In this document: one piece after another, positions 1 through 11,407 of the stretch
Numbering within the stretch: position 1 is the stretch's first letter
Layout: every line of letters begins with the position of its first letter
DNA from: Verrucomicrobiota bacterium
GTDB taxonomy: Bacteria; Verrucomicrobiota; Kiritimatiellia; RFP12; UBA1067
NCBI GenBank assembly: GCA_050874585.1
Contig: JBNMKZ010000008.1
Location: 344 to 64,343, forward strand
Reading direction: 5' to 3'
DNA: 64,000 nt
The notes under the pieces: generated by a model
What the model saw: the letters and a program-made list of their open reading frames with translations, nothing else
What the model was told of the DNA's origin: nothing
Database searches by the model: none
Position numbers and translations under genes: made by a program

Positions 1-38
1 TGCTCGGGCGCACGTGCGAACCGTTCCGAAGTCCAGAC

Positions 39-2204
<2,166 letters not shown>

Positions 2205-5200
2205 CTACTGGATGAGCGTCAGGACACCGAAGGCACTCGGTGCCCAGGCGGGCGACAGCCCCATACCCCAGTTGATTTCGCCAAACGACCCGTCCTCATC
2301 GAGGTCGGTCAGACGCAGGGAAAGCCCGAGCCGTGCACCCAGTTCGGGCGAAAAGCCGGGAATCTCGCTCCACGGGATGCGCAGTTCGTACGTGCAGACA
2401 TCGCCGTCCTGCCGAATGGCGATCTCGTAGTTCGAGGAGTCCTTGGCAAGCTGTCCGCTCTTGAGTCCGCCCGAATGGGCACCGGGACGATAAAGCGTGT
2501 ACTTGCCCGAGCCACTGCCCGGATGGGCGGTCGAGAGATACCATTCGACGGCGCGTCCGTCCGTGCCCGGTACGCGGTTGCCCGGATGCAAGGCGAGGGT
2601 AATTGCATCACCCTTGTTGGCATCGCCGTCCTTTCGGACAACATGGCTGTTGTCCTTCACCCGTGCGGAAAAATAGAGCGAGTCCTTGTCCCACGCGAAG
2701 TAGGCGACACCCGACAGATTCTGGGGTGTCCATTTGTAGTTCGCCCCCGGTTTCACCTGGTTCTCGCAGAGAAGCGGAATCGTGCAGGTCGCCTCCTCCC
2801 AATCCGAGAGATCGCCATCCACCGCAATCGGCTCCTTCACCTGGTCCGCCTCCGCCGCGAAATCCGTTCCGTCATAGACGGTGACGCGGATATTGCGGTA
2901 GAGGGCGAGCGACTTGCCGTCCGGGCCGGGCCGCCCCGTTCCCACGGGCGAGAAGGTCGCCTTCACGTCGTCCGGCTCGGTGGCGCGGCGCTTTGAGAGG
3001 AGCACCCAGCCCTTTGCCGTCTTCGGTGCGGTGAAGACCCCGAGCATGTGGCTCTCCTTGTAGGAGCCGTCCTTCTTCGTCACGCCGAGGTTGGAGCCGC
3101 AGTACATCATGTCGGGCCAGACCCAAGCCGTGTAGAGATACTCGCGTCCGGGAGCTGGCAGGGCAATCTGCTGGTTGACGCTCATGTAGCCCTTGGCGTT
3201 CTCGAACGCAAGGGCCTCGCCATCCATACCGGGATCGCTCGCCTTCACGCCCTTGGTCGCGGCGATATTCTTCAGCGCGGCGCGTCCATTGAAGTTCCAG
3301 CCCATCTTGCCGTCCGCAAAATCTCCGTTCGTCAGCAGGTTGCCGAGCAGGTCGGGGCGCACCGTCTCAAGCGTAAACTCCCGCTCGTAGGAGACGCTCG
3401 GGTTCTTCCACGTCATCAGCACCTTGCCGGACTTGACGCGTGAACCAAGCTTGCCCGCGTCAAATGTCAGGAACTGCGACTCGCCCGACTTGAGGGCAAT
3501 CTTCTGCGCCGCGAGGGACTTGCCGCCCAGCGAAACCGAAACGCTCCCCGCGAGTGCCGTGGACAGGGGATTCCGGACACGGACATCCACGCGAGCCGCC
3601 GCCCCTGAGACGCATCGGACGCTCGGCTTCGGTGTCAGCGCATCCTGTCCGCCAATCGAAAGTGAACAGGTCGCCGCCAGCGGCTCCAGGTCAAAGCCCT
3701 CGACAATCACGGGAATCGGCTTTGCCGCGATGCGGATGAAGCCGCCCTCCGTCTTCGCCCTGCGCTCGTTGCCCTGGTAGTCCGTCACCCGAACCGCCGC
3801 GCTCCCGCCGACGGGCAACGACACATTGACCGGCTCGGCGGCGAGAATCTGCGCCGAGGCCGAGTAGTGCGATGGCTTCTCGCACCCCTCCGACTCGCTC
3901 ATCACATAGGCCAAGCCTTTGCCGTCCGTCCGACGGAAGAGATAGACAATTGCGCCCGGCGACAGGTAGGCCGCGCCCACAGGAGTTGAACCGCCCAGTT
4001 TCGATGCAAAAACCGCGAGGGTCGCCAGCACAGGACGCGGCGTGTAGTCGTCGAGCAGGTATGTCCAGTTGCCCGGTGCATTTGCCTCGCCGCCGAAATA
4101 GGTCACGGCCTTCGCCCCCGCCACGAACTCGCCCGGCCACTGCCGCAGGAGGTACGAGCACTGCGTCACCGAGCAGTAGAGTTGCTCCAGGGGGGACATC
4201 TTCCAGACGGAAATGCCGCGTGCGGACTCGTTGTCCCACACTTCCTCGCATCCACCGGCCTTCGCATCGCGAATCGCTTCCGCCACGCTACCATACGATC
4301 CGTAGTGGACAGGCAGGACATCAATCGCATCCAGCACACCGCCGCGGATGACATCCAGCCGGTAGCTACGCGGCCAGAGTCCGCCCGCCATTTGGACACG
4401 GGCCGTTGGGTCGACTTCGCGCAGGACCTTCGTCCCGATGCGGCAGAACTTCACATAGTCCTCCACCGGGTGCTTCGTCTTGTCGCCTTGCGAAATCTCG
4501 TTCAGCCATTCAAAGCCCCAGACCTTCCCCTTGCAGGCGGATGCAATCTGCCGAATGGACTCCTCCCACCCCTTCTCGTCAAATGGGAACGGACAGTAGC
4601 CCGGCGCATGCACATCATCCGGCATTGCCCATTCGGGCGCACCCGTCAGCAGAACCCATGGGCGGATGCCTTCCGCATTGAGGCTATCCAAAGTCTTGAG
4701 GAGCGGCTCCATCACATAAACGCCGCGTCGGGGGTTCAGATCCGCCCATCCCGTGAAGAGACGGCAATACCCAAAGCCAAGTTTTGCTGCGATTTGAGCC
4801 TGACGCGGATTGCGGATGTTCGTACAGGCAAGGGGCGGACGCGTGCCACCGAGCACCTTGCCCAGATTGGGAATGATTGCGAACGCCGCCGCATGGCGCA
4901 CATCGTTTCCGTTCTTATCCGTCATCAGGGCCTCCAGCAACATTGTGCCGCGTCGATTGAGTTTCGGCAGCGGAATCTTGACGGAGGTACCGGGCGCACC
5001 GACGGTCAGCCGCCGCGTGAAGCATGCGACCTCGTTGCTCTCGCAGTCGTAAACCGTGAAGTCGACATCTTTCACCGTCTTCGGCGCGTCAATCGTCCCC
5101 CAGTGGAGGTTCACAACCGGCGTTTCGTCGTAGGTGTAGACCCCGCCCACCGCATCGGACTGCAGGCGGAAGCCCTTCGTGTCGGGCACAAGATCAGGTC

Positions 5201-6839
5201 CGCCCGTACGCACTTCCCACGGCCATTCCTTGCCGTCGCAACCGACGAACTTCGCACGGAAGGCCACCTGATTACGTTCGCCGAAACTGTTCTTGCCGGG
5301 TTCGCAGACGAACTCGATTGTCCCGTCCCCCGGCTTGATTTTCTTCGTCTGCCGCCAGAGTCCGTAGATGAAGATGTGCTGGCTCGACTTGTTCACAACT
5401 CCGTCCGGGTTGTCAATCCACGGTCCGAGAGGATCCATCATCAGCGTCGTTCCGTCCCCCCAGTCATCGGCCGCATCGAGATGATACCGGACTTTCACCG
5501 TGAACTTCTCGCCCGAACGAACTTCCTTCACATCGAGGGGAAGGAACTGAAGCCAGCTCTTCTTGAAGGTGACGGACGCGGGCCTTTCCCGTGCCACGGC
5601 GGCGGCCACCTCGGCGGCGGAAACGACGAGCGGAATCTGCGGCGGCCAGGCGTTCCAGCCCTTCTTGCTCCATTCGCCGTTCGGCGCGGCGAAGACAACC
5701 GGCACGAGCTTCGCAACGGTCGGACTGTTCTTCGCCGTGAAGGAGAAGACGGAGGTCTCGCCCACCGCCTTCGGTGCCTGCGCGGGCCGCCACTCGTAAA
5801 TGCCGCCCCACGAATTCGGCTTCTTCACACAGTGTGCATGGACGGAAAGGTTTTCGCCGGCGGGCAACGACTTCTTCAGCGTGACGCGAATCTGATATCC
5901 CTGCCCCGCGCTCACGCTCTTCGGCGATTCCACCGTACACCAATCGAACTCCGTCTTTTGGTACTCGACGGGCTCCGTCGTCTGCGCGGCGGATGCGGAG
6001 GGGGAAACTCCGGCCCCCGACACCTTGATCTTCGCGGGCCACGCCGTCCACCACTTCTTGTTCCAGTCGCCGTTCGGCGCGGCGAACACGACCGGCACGA
6101 GCTGGCCGAGGTTCGGCTTCGCCTTCGCCGTGAACGCGAACACAGTCGCCTCGCCAACCGGCTTCGGGGTCTGCGCGGGCCGCCACTCAAAGAGTCCGCC
6201 CCACGAGCCGTCCGCCTTCGTGTGCTGCATGTGAACCGACAGGTTCTGCCCCTCGGGCAACGCCTTCTTCAGCGTCACCTTCACCCAGTACCCCTTGCCC
6301 GCCTCCACGCTCCCGGGTGTCTCAACCGTGCACCAGTCAAACTCCGTCTTCTGCATCCCCGAAGGTGCGGCGGAAGCACCACTGGCGGAGGCCGACGGCG
6401 CGGCAGTTCCGCCCGCACTCACCTTGATTTTCGCGGGCCATGCCGTCCACCCCTTCTTCTCCCACGCGCCGTTCGGCGCGGCAAATACGACCGGCACGAG
6501 CTGTCCGAGGTTCTCCTTCGCCTTCGCCGTGAAGGCGAAAATCGTCGCCTCGCCGACCGGCTTCGGGTTCTGCGCAGGCCGCCACTCAAAGAGTCCGCCC
6601 CACGAGCCGTCCGCCTTCGTGTGCTGCATGTGAACCGACAGGTTCTGCCCCTCGGGCAACGCCTTCTTCAGCGTCACCTTTACCCAATACCCCTTGCCCG
6701 CCTCCACGCTCTCGGGTGTCTCAACCGTGCACCAGTCGAACTCCGTCTTCACATTCGCCGCCTGCGCACGGCCAAGGCCCAGCAGGGCGACCGCCACAAG
6801 AACGGCCCGCCGAATCACTCCCTGTCCTTTCATTTTCAT
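2205..6839 (-). CDS. Large secreted glycoside hydrolase (clan GH-A, GH39/GH5-like) with N-terminal repeats and a C-terminal CBM9/DOMON-like domain
   Basis: Start moved to MKMKG (AAGGAGG upstream; 6833 is an alternative); signal peptide; WGFEWLNE and VWDNE putative catalytic glutamates; IAVDGDLSDW...YELRIPW CBM9-like motifs. Confidence 0.75.
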   Translation of the reverse strand: MKMKGQGVIRRAVLVAVALLGLGRAQAANVKTEFDWCTVETPESVEAGKGYWVKVTLKKALPEGQNLSVHMQHTKADGSWGGLFEWRPAQNPKPVGEATIFAFTAKAKENLGQLVPVVFAAPNGAWEKKGWTAWPAKIKVSAGGTAAPSASASGASAAPSGMQKTEFDWCTVETPGSVEAGKGYWVKVTLKKALPEGQNLSVHMQHTKADGSWGGLFEWRPAQTPKPVGEATVFAFTAKAKPNLGQLVPVVFAAPNGDWNKKWWTAWPAKIKVSGAGVSPSASAAQTTEPVEYQKTEFDWCTVESPKSVSAGQGYQIRVTLKKSLPAGENLSVHAHCVKKPNSWGGIYEWRPAQAPKAVGETSVFSFTAKNSPTVAKLVPVVFAAPNGEWSKKGWNAWPPQIPLVVSAAEVAAAVARERPASVTFKKSWLQFLPLDVKEVRSGEKFTVKVRYHLDAADDWGDGTTLMMDPLGPWIDNPDGVVNKSSQHIFIYGLWRQTKKIKPGDGTIEFVCEPGKNSFGERNQVAFRAKFVGCDGKEWPWEVRTGGPDLVPDTKGFRLQSDAVGGVYTYDETPVVNLHWGTIDAPKTVKDVDFTVYDCESNEVACFTRRLTVGAPGTSVKIPLPKLNRRGTMLLEALMTDKNGNDVRHAAAFAIIPNLGKVLGGTRPPLACTNIRNPRQAQIAAKLGFGYCRLFTGWADLNPRRGVYVMEPLLKTLDSLNAEGIRPWVLLTGAPEWAMPDDVHAPGYCPFPFDEKGWEESIRQIASACKGKVWGFEWLNEISQGDKTKHPVEDYVKFCRIGTKVLREVDPTARVQMAGGLWPRSYRLDVIRGGVLDAIDVLPVHYGSYGSVAEAIRDAKAGGCEEVWDNESARGISVWKMSPLEQLYCSVTQCSYLLRQWPGEFVAGAKAVTYFGGEANAPGNWTYLLDDYTPRPVLATLAVFASKLGGSTPVGAAYLSPGAIVYLFRRTDGKGLAYVMSESEGCEKPSHYSASAQILAAEPVNVSLPVGGSAAVRVTDYQGNERRAKTEGGFIRIAAKPIPVIVEGFDLEPLAATCSLSIGGQDALTPKPSVRCVSGAAARVDVRVRNPLSTALAGSVSVSLGGKSLAAQKIALKSGESQFLTFDAGKLGSRVKSGKVLMTWKNPSVSYEREFTLETVRPDLLGNLLTNGDFADGKMGWNFNGRAALKNIAATKGVKASDPGMDGEALAFENAKGYMSVNQQIALPAPGREYLYTAWVWPDMMYCGSNLGVTKKDGSYKESHMLGVFTAPKTAKGWVLLSKRRATEPDDVKATFSPVGTGRPGPDGKSLALYRNIRVTVYDGTDFAAEADQVKEPIAVDGDLSDWEEATCTIPLLCENQVKPGANYKWTPQNLSGVAYFAWDKDSLYFSARVKDNSHVVRKDGDANKGDAITLALHPGNRVPGTDGRAVEWYLSTAHPGSGSGKYTLYRPGAHSGGLKSGQLAKDSSNYEIAIRQDGDVCTYELRIPWSEIPGFSPELGARLGLSLRLTDLDEDGSFGEINWGMGLSPAWAPSAFGVLTLIQ
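5640..6749 (-). repeat. Three intragenic ~110-aa tandem domain repeats (period 399 and 393 bp)
   Basis: KTEFDWCTVE..WRPAQ..LVPVVFAAPNG occurs three times; 6022-6350 and 6421-6749 are near-identical DNA. Confidence 0.95.
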
Positions 6840-6853
6840 CTCCCTCCTTCGGA

Positions 6854-9034
6854 TTAGCGGATAATCAGCCTGAAGCCAATCGTCTTCTGCGACTCGTAGC
6901 ACCCAATGTCAATCGTCTTACCGACCACACGCGGCAATCCCTCGAAGTCAACGGACGAAAGCGACAGCCCCGCCGTCACACCCTTGTCCATCAGGAGACC
7001 GCCCACTTTTGGACGATAGTTGCCCGCCGCATAATTGGCGAACATCTCGTCCACCGTCCCCACGCGGCAGGTGCCGTTGATCGGCTCCGCGTCATCCGTC
7101 ACGCAGTTGAGGAACGAGCTGGCATACGTGCCCGACCACGCATTGGTCGAAGCACCGCCCGTCGTACGCGTTCCGGCCATCACGCAATTGACCACACGCG
7201 CATCGCCATGCGAACTCCGAACGGCGGCGACAAGGCCCGTATGGCAGTTGTTCACAATCGTGCAATTGACGAGCGACCCCTGAAGGACGCGCACGACGCT
7301 CTTGTCTTTGGCCGCCGGGTATTGGTATGTTCCCTCCGCCGCGTTTCCGACAATCAGAGAATTGGCAACCGTACCCCGCGCGACATACGCGGCAATACCA
7401 TCCGTTTCACTTCCCGCCTGCCATCCGAATGCGCAATCTTCAATCCTGCAATGTGTCACGAGGGCGTTCGCGTCGTTCAAGTAAACACCGCCGCCGCGTC
7501 CATTCCAAGAACGAACCATTCCCGACCTAATCCAGCAGTTGGAGACAACGCCGCCAGCCGCGCCAATGGAAATATTCCCCCCCTGAGAATAGGAGGTGCC
7601 CTTCTCAATCGTCAGGCCCGAAACGTGCGCACTTGCATTGCGCAGGATGAACACTCGATGATCCTTATCTTTTTCCTGCGCTTCCTTGACATTTCGAATC
7701 GTCACGTCCACCGGATTGCCCGTTGTGCCAACGACTGCAATCGCATTCGTCAGCGTCATTTCCTTCGTGATGGGATAGACCCCCGGGCGAACGAAGACCG
7801 TTCCACCCAATTCGCCGAACGTCGCGTCGAGATAATCAATCGCCGCTCCAACCGTCTGCTTTGGGTCAAACTCAGTAAAGCCCGCGTTTTCGTCCGAACC
7901 GTTCGGATCCACATAAAGCGTGTTGTTCGCCTGTGCCGGAACAAAGACGGCGCGCAGACTCTTCGGTCGGTCACACCGGACTGAAATTGTCGTCGCCGTC
8001 ACATCGTCAAGCCCCCCGGTGTCGCCCTGCCAGGTGTGGAAGCGGAAGCCCGCGTTCGGAATCGCCCGAAGCGTGAGAAAACCGTTCTCCGCACACCACC
8101 CCTCGTCGGGGACGTTCACGTGCCCCTCGCCCGCCACCGCAACCTCAACCTTGTTTGAGACGACGAACTGCCACTCCCACATGCACACGCCGCCCGGATA
8201 GTCGAATTGCGCGACATTTTGCGTCCCCGAACCGAGCGCATTCCACTTCGTCGCATCGGCGACATCTCGTTGGGAGGCGCGCCAACCAACGCACCCGGCG
8301 ATCTGCTTTCCCTCCGTCAGCACAATCGGCGTTTCGATTGAGAGGTTGCAGACCTGCCCACTTTCCACCTCCATGATTCCGTAGGCGGGCGTGGGTTCGC
8401 CGTACTTCTCCGGCGTTCCCGTCACAAGCAGAACATTCCTGTCGATGGAGAACAGTTCCAGTTCCTGGATGACGATGTAGCCATCGCCACTCTGCGGACT
8501 CACCAGACGAAGACGGTAGAACTTGTAGGCCGTCAGGTTGGGGAACTCAAAGTACCGCGCCTCAAGTCCGTCCCACTTCTCCGTCTCGTTTTCCGAATCG
8601 AGAACCTCCCACGAACCGTCCGCTCCCGTCTGCGATCCTTCAAGGTGGAACGCCTTGGGAGATCGCTCCTCGGGGGAATGTCCATCCTTGTGCTGGTTGT
8701 AGATCCGGTAAGCGTTCACGACCTGCGGGGTCTTGAATTCGTAGACGACCCACACCGGTTTCGCGTTGCCGCCAAAGCGATGGCCGTTATCAATGCCGGT
8801 CGTCGACGTCGGCACGTCACCAATGATGTCAAACGCCATTGCGCCGTTGCTATTGTTGAGGTTGTCGTTTCCCGTGATGCTGGCGCGATTCTCAAGATCA
8901 TCCGTCAAGTCGACGAGTGTCACACCAACCGGTTCCGTCGTTCGGGCGGCAAAAACGCTTCCGCACACGGCTGCGAAGGCCATGCCCGATGCAATTACCC
9001 GACAAGTCAATCTGATAGAGATTCTCATGTGCAT
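6854..9034 (-). CDS. Secreted protein: discoidin/CBM32-like domain, InlB-B-like repeat, right-handed beta-helix, C-terminal GFRLIIR
   Basis: Signal peptide; SPKAFHLEGS...YKFYRL (F5/8-type C); AIPNAGFRFHTWQGD; LYVDPNGSD; IDIGCYE. Confidence 0.75.
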   Translation of the reverse strand: MHMRISIRLTCRVIASGMAFAAVCGSVFAARTTEPVGVTLVDLTDDLENRASITGNDNLNNSNGAMAFDIIGDVPTSTTGIDNGHRFGGNAKPVWVVYEFKTPQVVNAYRIYNQHKDGHSPEERSPKAFHLEGSQTGADGSWEVLDSENETEKWDGLEARYFEFPNLTAYKFYRLRLVSPQSGDGYIVIQELELFSIDRNVLLVTGTPEKYGEPTPAYGIMEVESGQVCNLSIETPIVLTEGKQIAGCVGWRASQRDVADATKWNALGSGTQNVAQFDYPGGVCMWEWQFVVSNKVEVAVAGEGHVNVPDEGWCAENGFLTLRAIPNAGFRFHTWQGDTGGLDDVTATTISVRCDRPKSLRAVFVPAQANNTLYVDPNGSDENAGFTEFDPKQTVGAAIDYLDATFGELGGTVFVRPGVYPITKEMTLTNAIAVVGTTGNPVDVTIRNVKEAQEKDKDHRVFILRNASAHVSGLTIEKGTSYSQGGNISIGAAGGVVSNCWIRSGMVRSWNGRGGGVYLNDANALVTHCRIEDCAFGWQAGSETDGIAAYVARGTVANSLIVGNAAEGTYQYPAAKDKSVVRVLQGSLVNCTIVNNCHTGLVAAVRSSHGDARVVNCVMAGTRTTGGASTNAWSGTYASSFLNCVTDDAEPINGTCRVGTVDEMFANYAAGNYRPKVGGLLMDKGVTAGLSLSSVDFEGLPRVVGKTIDIGCYESQKTIGFRLIIR

Positions 9035-9191
9035 ACCTTTCGTTTACTCTTCACCTGGCCGTTCCCAAGTTCAATTGAATTATAGCCCATTTTCCCCTTC
9101 CCTCGCAAGAGTAAATATGCGACGCGATACGATTGCACTTTCGCGACACATGTGCATGGGTCGTGCAACCCAATCGTCATCTCCAAGGCAT

Positions 9192-9237
9192 AAAAGAAGG
9201 CGCGGCGGACAGGCAAAACGCCATCCGCCGCGTCTCT
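9192..9237 (-). terminator. Rho-independent terminator of htpG
   Basis: Stem aggcgcggcgga/tccgccgcgtct with a U-rich tail on the minus strand. Confidence 0.65.
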
Positions 9238-9266
9238 CACGAACGGGACTCATCGCCCCGCGTCGA

Positions 9267-11156
9267 TTACTTCATCATCAAGTCGGCGAGAAGCTTCGCG
9301 AAACGGGCACCGTCCTCAACGGGCGAACCCTCCGCAATCAGTGCCGCGTCATAGAGCAGTGCCACGGCATCGGCAAACGCCGAACCCGACAGCCCCTTAA
9401 TCTTCGCCACGAGCGGATGCGTTGCGTTGATTTCGAGGATGCGCTTCTCTTCCGGCACATTCTCCTTCATCGCTCGCATCATGCGCACCATGGACGGCGG
9501 GAGGGCGTTCTCCTTCGCAACCAAGCAGCAGGGCGAATCGGTCAGGCGCGTCGAAACGCGCACGTCGGAGACCTTGGACTCCAGCTCCTTCTTGACGGAC
9601 TCCAGGAACGGCTTCAATTCCGCCGCAGCCTTCCCGATCGCCTCCTTCTCGGCCTTCTGTTCTTCTTCGCTACCGAAGGTGACATCACCCTTCGCAATGT
9701 CGACGAACTTCTTGCCGTCGAACTCGCGGAGCGATTCGGTCAGGAACTCGTCAACCGGGTCGACGAAGAGGAGCACGTCGCACCCGTGCTTGCGGGCGGC
9801 CTCCAACTGCGGGGCCTTGCGGGCATCTTCCTCCCGTTCGGCCACGAGGTAATAGATGTCCTTCTGATCCGTCGCCATGTCCTTGACGTAATCCTCAAGG
9901 AAAACCGTCTTGCCAACATCGCCGCGTGCAGTCGGGTACTTGATGAGTTTCTTGATGCGATCCGCGTTGGCGTAGTCCGTATGGACACCTTCCTTCAGCA
10001 CCGTGCCGAAGGCCCGCCAGAACTCGTCGTAACGCTTGGCGTCCTTCTTGAGCGTCTCAAGCGTCGAGAGAATCTTCGACGTGACCGCACTCTTGATCTT
10101 GGCGATGATGGCATCGTCCTGAAGCATCTCGCGGGAGACGTTCAGCGGCAGGTCGGCGCTGTCCACGACACCCTTCACGAAGCGAAGCCAGTTCGGCAGA
10201 AGCATCTCGATGTCATCGCCGATGAAGACATTGCGCACATAGAGCGAAAGCCCACGCTTCTGCTGGGGCATGAAGAGTTCCATCGTCGCCTTCTTCGGAA
10301 TGAAGAGCAGGGCCTTGAACTCCACCTGTCCCTCGCCGGAAAACGGAATCGTCTCAAACGGCTCGTCCCAGTCGTGCGTCAGGTGCTTGTAGAACTCGTC
10401 ATATTCCTCCTTCTTCACGTCCTTCTTCGGGCGCTTCCAGAGGGCGGTCATCGTGTTGAGCGGCTTCTTCTCGTCCTCCTCACGACGCTTGCGATCCTCG
10501 TCCTTCGCATCCGCCGGAACGTCAATCTGGCGGAACGTAATGGGATAGGCGATGAAATCGGAGTATTTCTTCACGAGCTCGCCAATCCGCCACTTGTCGA
10601 GGTACTCGACCTGGTCGTCGCGCAGGTGGAGCATGACGCTCGTGCCGTACTCGTCCCGCGTCGAATCGGCGATTGTGTAGTCGCCACCCATGTCGGACTC
10701 CCACTGGAACGCGGCATCCTGCCCGCGCTTCTTCGAGACAACGCGCACCCGGTCGGCCACCATGAATGCCGCGTAGAAGCCAACGCCGAACTGGCCAATC
10801 AGTTCGGGAAGGTTTTCGCCACCCTTCTCCTTCAGGGCCTGACGGAACGCCTTCGTGCCCGAACTGGCAATCGTCCCGAGGTTCTTCTCAAGATCCGCCG
10901 CGTCCATGCCCGTGCCGTTATCGGCAATCATGAGCGTCTTGGCGGACTTGTCGACCGCGATTTCAATCTTCCAGGTGGGATTGTCCGCCACAAGCGACTT
11001 GTCGGTCAACCCGAGGAACTTGGCGCGGTCAATCGCGTCGGACGCATTGGAAATCAGTTCACGAAGGAAGATTTCCTTCTTTGAATACAACGAATTGACA
11101 ACGAGATCGAGCATTTCTGCAATCTCGGCCTTGAATGCATGAGTCTTCGTTTCCAT
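9267..11156 (-). CDS. htpG: Chaperone HtpG (Hsp90)
   Basis: YSKKEIFLRELISNASDA, IGQFGVGFY, DLPLNVSRE, ILEINATHP. Confidence 0.98.
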   Translation of the reverse strand: METKTHAFKAEIAEMLDLVVNSLYSKKEIFLRELISNASDAIDRAKFLGLTDKSLVADNPTWKIEIAVDKSAKTLMIADNGTGMDAADLEKNLGTIASSGTKAFRQALKEKGGENLPELIGQFGVGFYAAFMVADRVRVVSKKRGQDAAFQWESDMGGDYTIADSTRDEYGTSVMLHLRDDQVEYLDKWRIGELVKKYSDFIAYPITFRQIDVPADAKDEDRKRREEDEKKPLNTMTALWKRPKKDVKKEEYDEFYKHLTHDWDEPFETIPFSGEGQVEFKALLFIPKKATMELFMPQQKRGLSLYVRNVFIGDDIEMLLPNWLRFVKGVVDSADLPLNVSREMLQDDAIIAKIKSAVTSKILSTLETLKKDAKRYDEFWRAFGTVLKEGVHTDYANADRIKKLIKYPTARGDVGKTVFLEDYVKDMATDQKDIYYLVAEREEDARKAPQLEAARKHGCDVLLFVDPVDEFLTESLREFDGKKFVDIAKGDVTFGSEEEQKAEKEAIGKAAAELKPFLESVKKELESKVSDVRVSTRLTDSPCCLVAKENALPPSMVRMMRAMKENVPEEKRILEINATHPLVAKIKGLSGSAFADAVALLYDAALIAEGSPVEDGARFAKLLADLMMK

Positions 11157-11166
11157 AGTGGTTGGT

Positions 11167-11316
11167 ATTATATCACAAACCGCAAGCTCGGGGGCTTGCG
11201 CGGCGGCTCGCCCGATCCGGACAGGCCGACCACAGGCACCACGCGGCAGAATGGTCTTGCCGGCCTGCCGTCCGACAGGCCATCGAAACTGCCGCGCTTG
11301 CGCCTACACAACGCCT
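11167..11316. repeat. Dispersed GC-rich intergenic repeat, copy 1 (abuts htpG promoter)
   Basis: 11186-11215 is identical to 52316-52345; 11219-11316 is similar to 52518-52616. Confidence 0.9.
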
Positions 11317-11323
11317 ACAAAAT

Positions 11324-11400
11324 GATGCGCACGACAAGTCCGACTCGTGCGCATCCCAGACATCTGTCATGCGCACCACACAACGCCGCGATGCGCACGA
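11324..11400. repeat. Four TGCGCA-core units at exact 22-bp period
   Basis: TGCGCA starts at 11326, 11348, 11370, 11392; units 1 and 2 form the inverted repeat gatgcgcacga/tcgtgcgcatc. Confidence 0.8.
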
Positions 11401-11407
11401 CGGCGCG

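Noticed and set aside
4182-6857. Long plus-strand ORFs such as 891 aa here, 8766-11084, 11162-13345 and 55853-57454
   Set aside because: Antisense shadows of real GC-rich genes; no recognisable motifs
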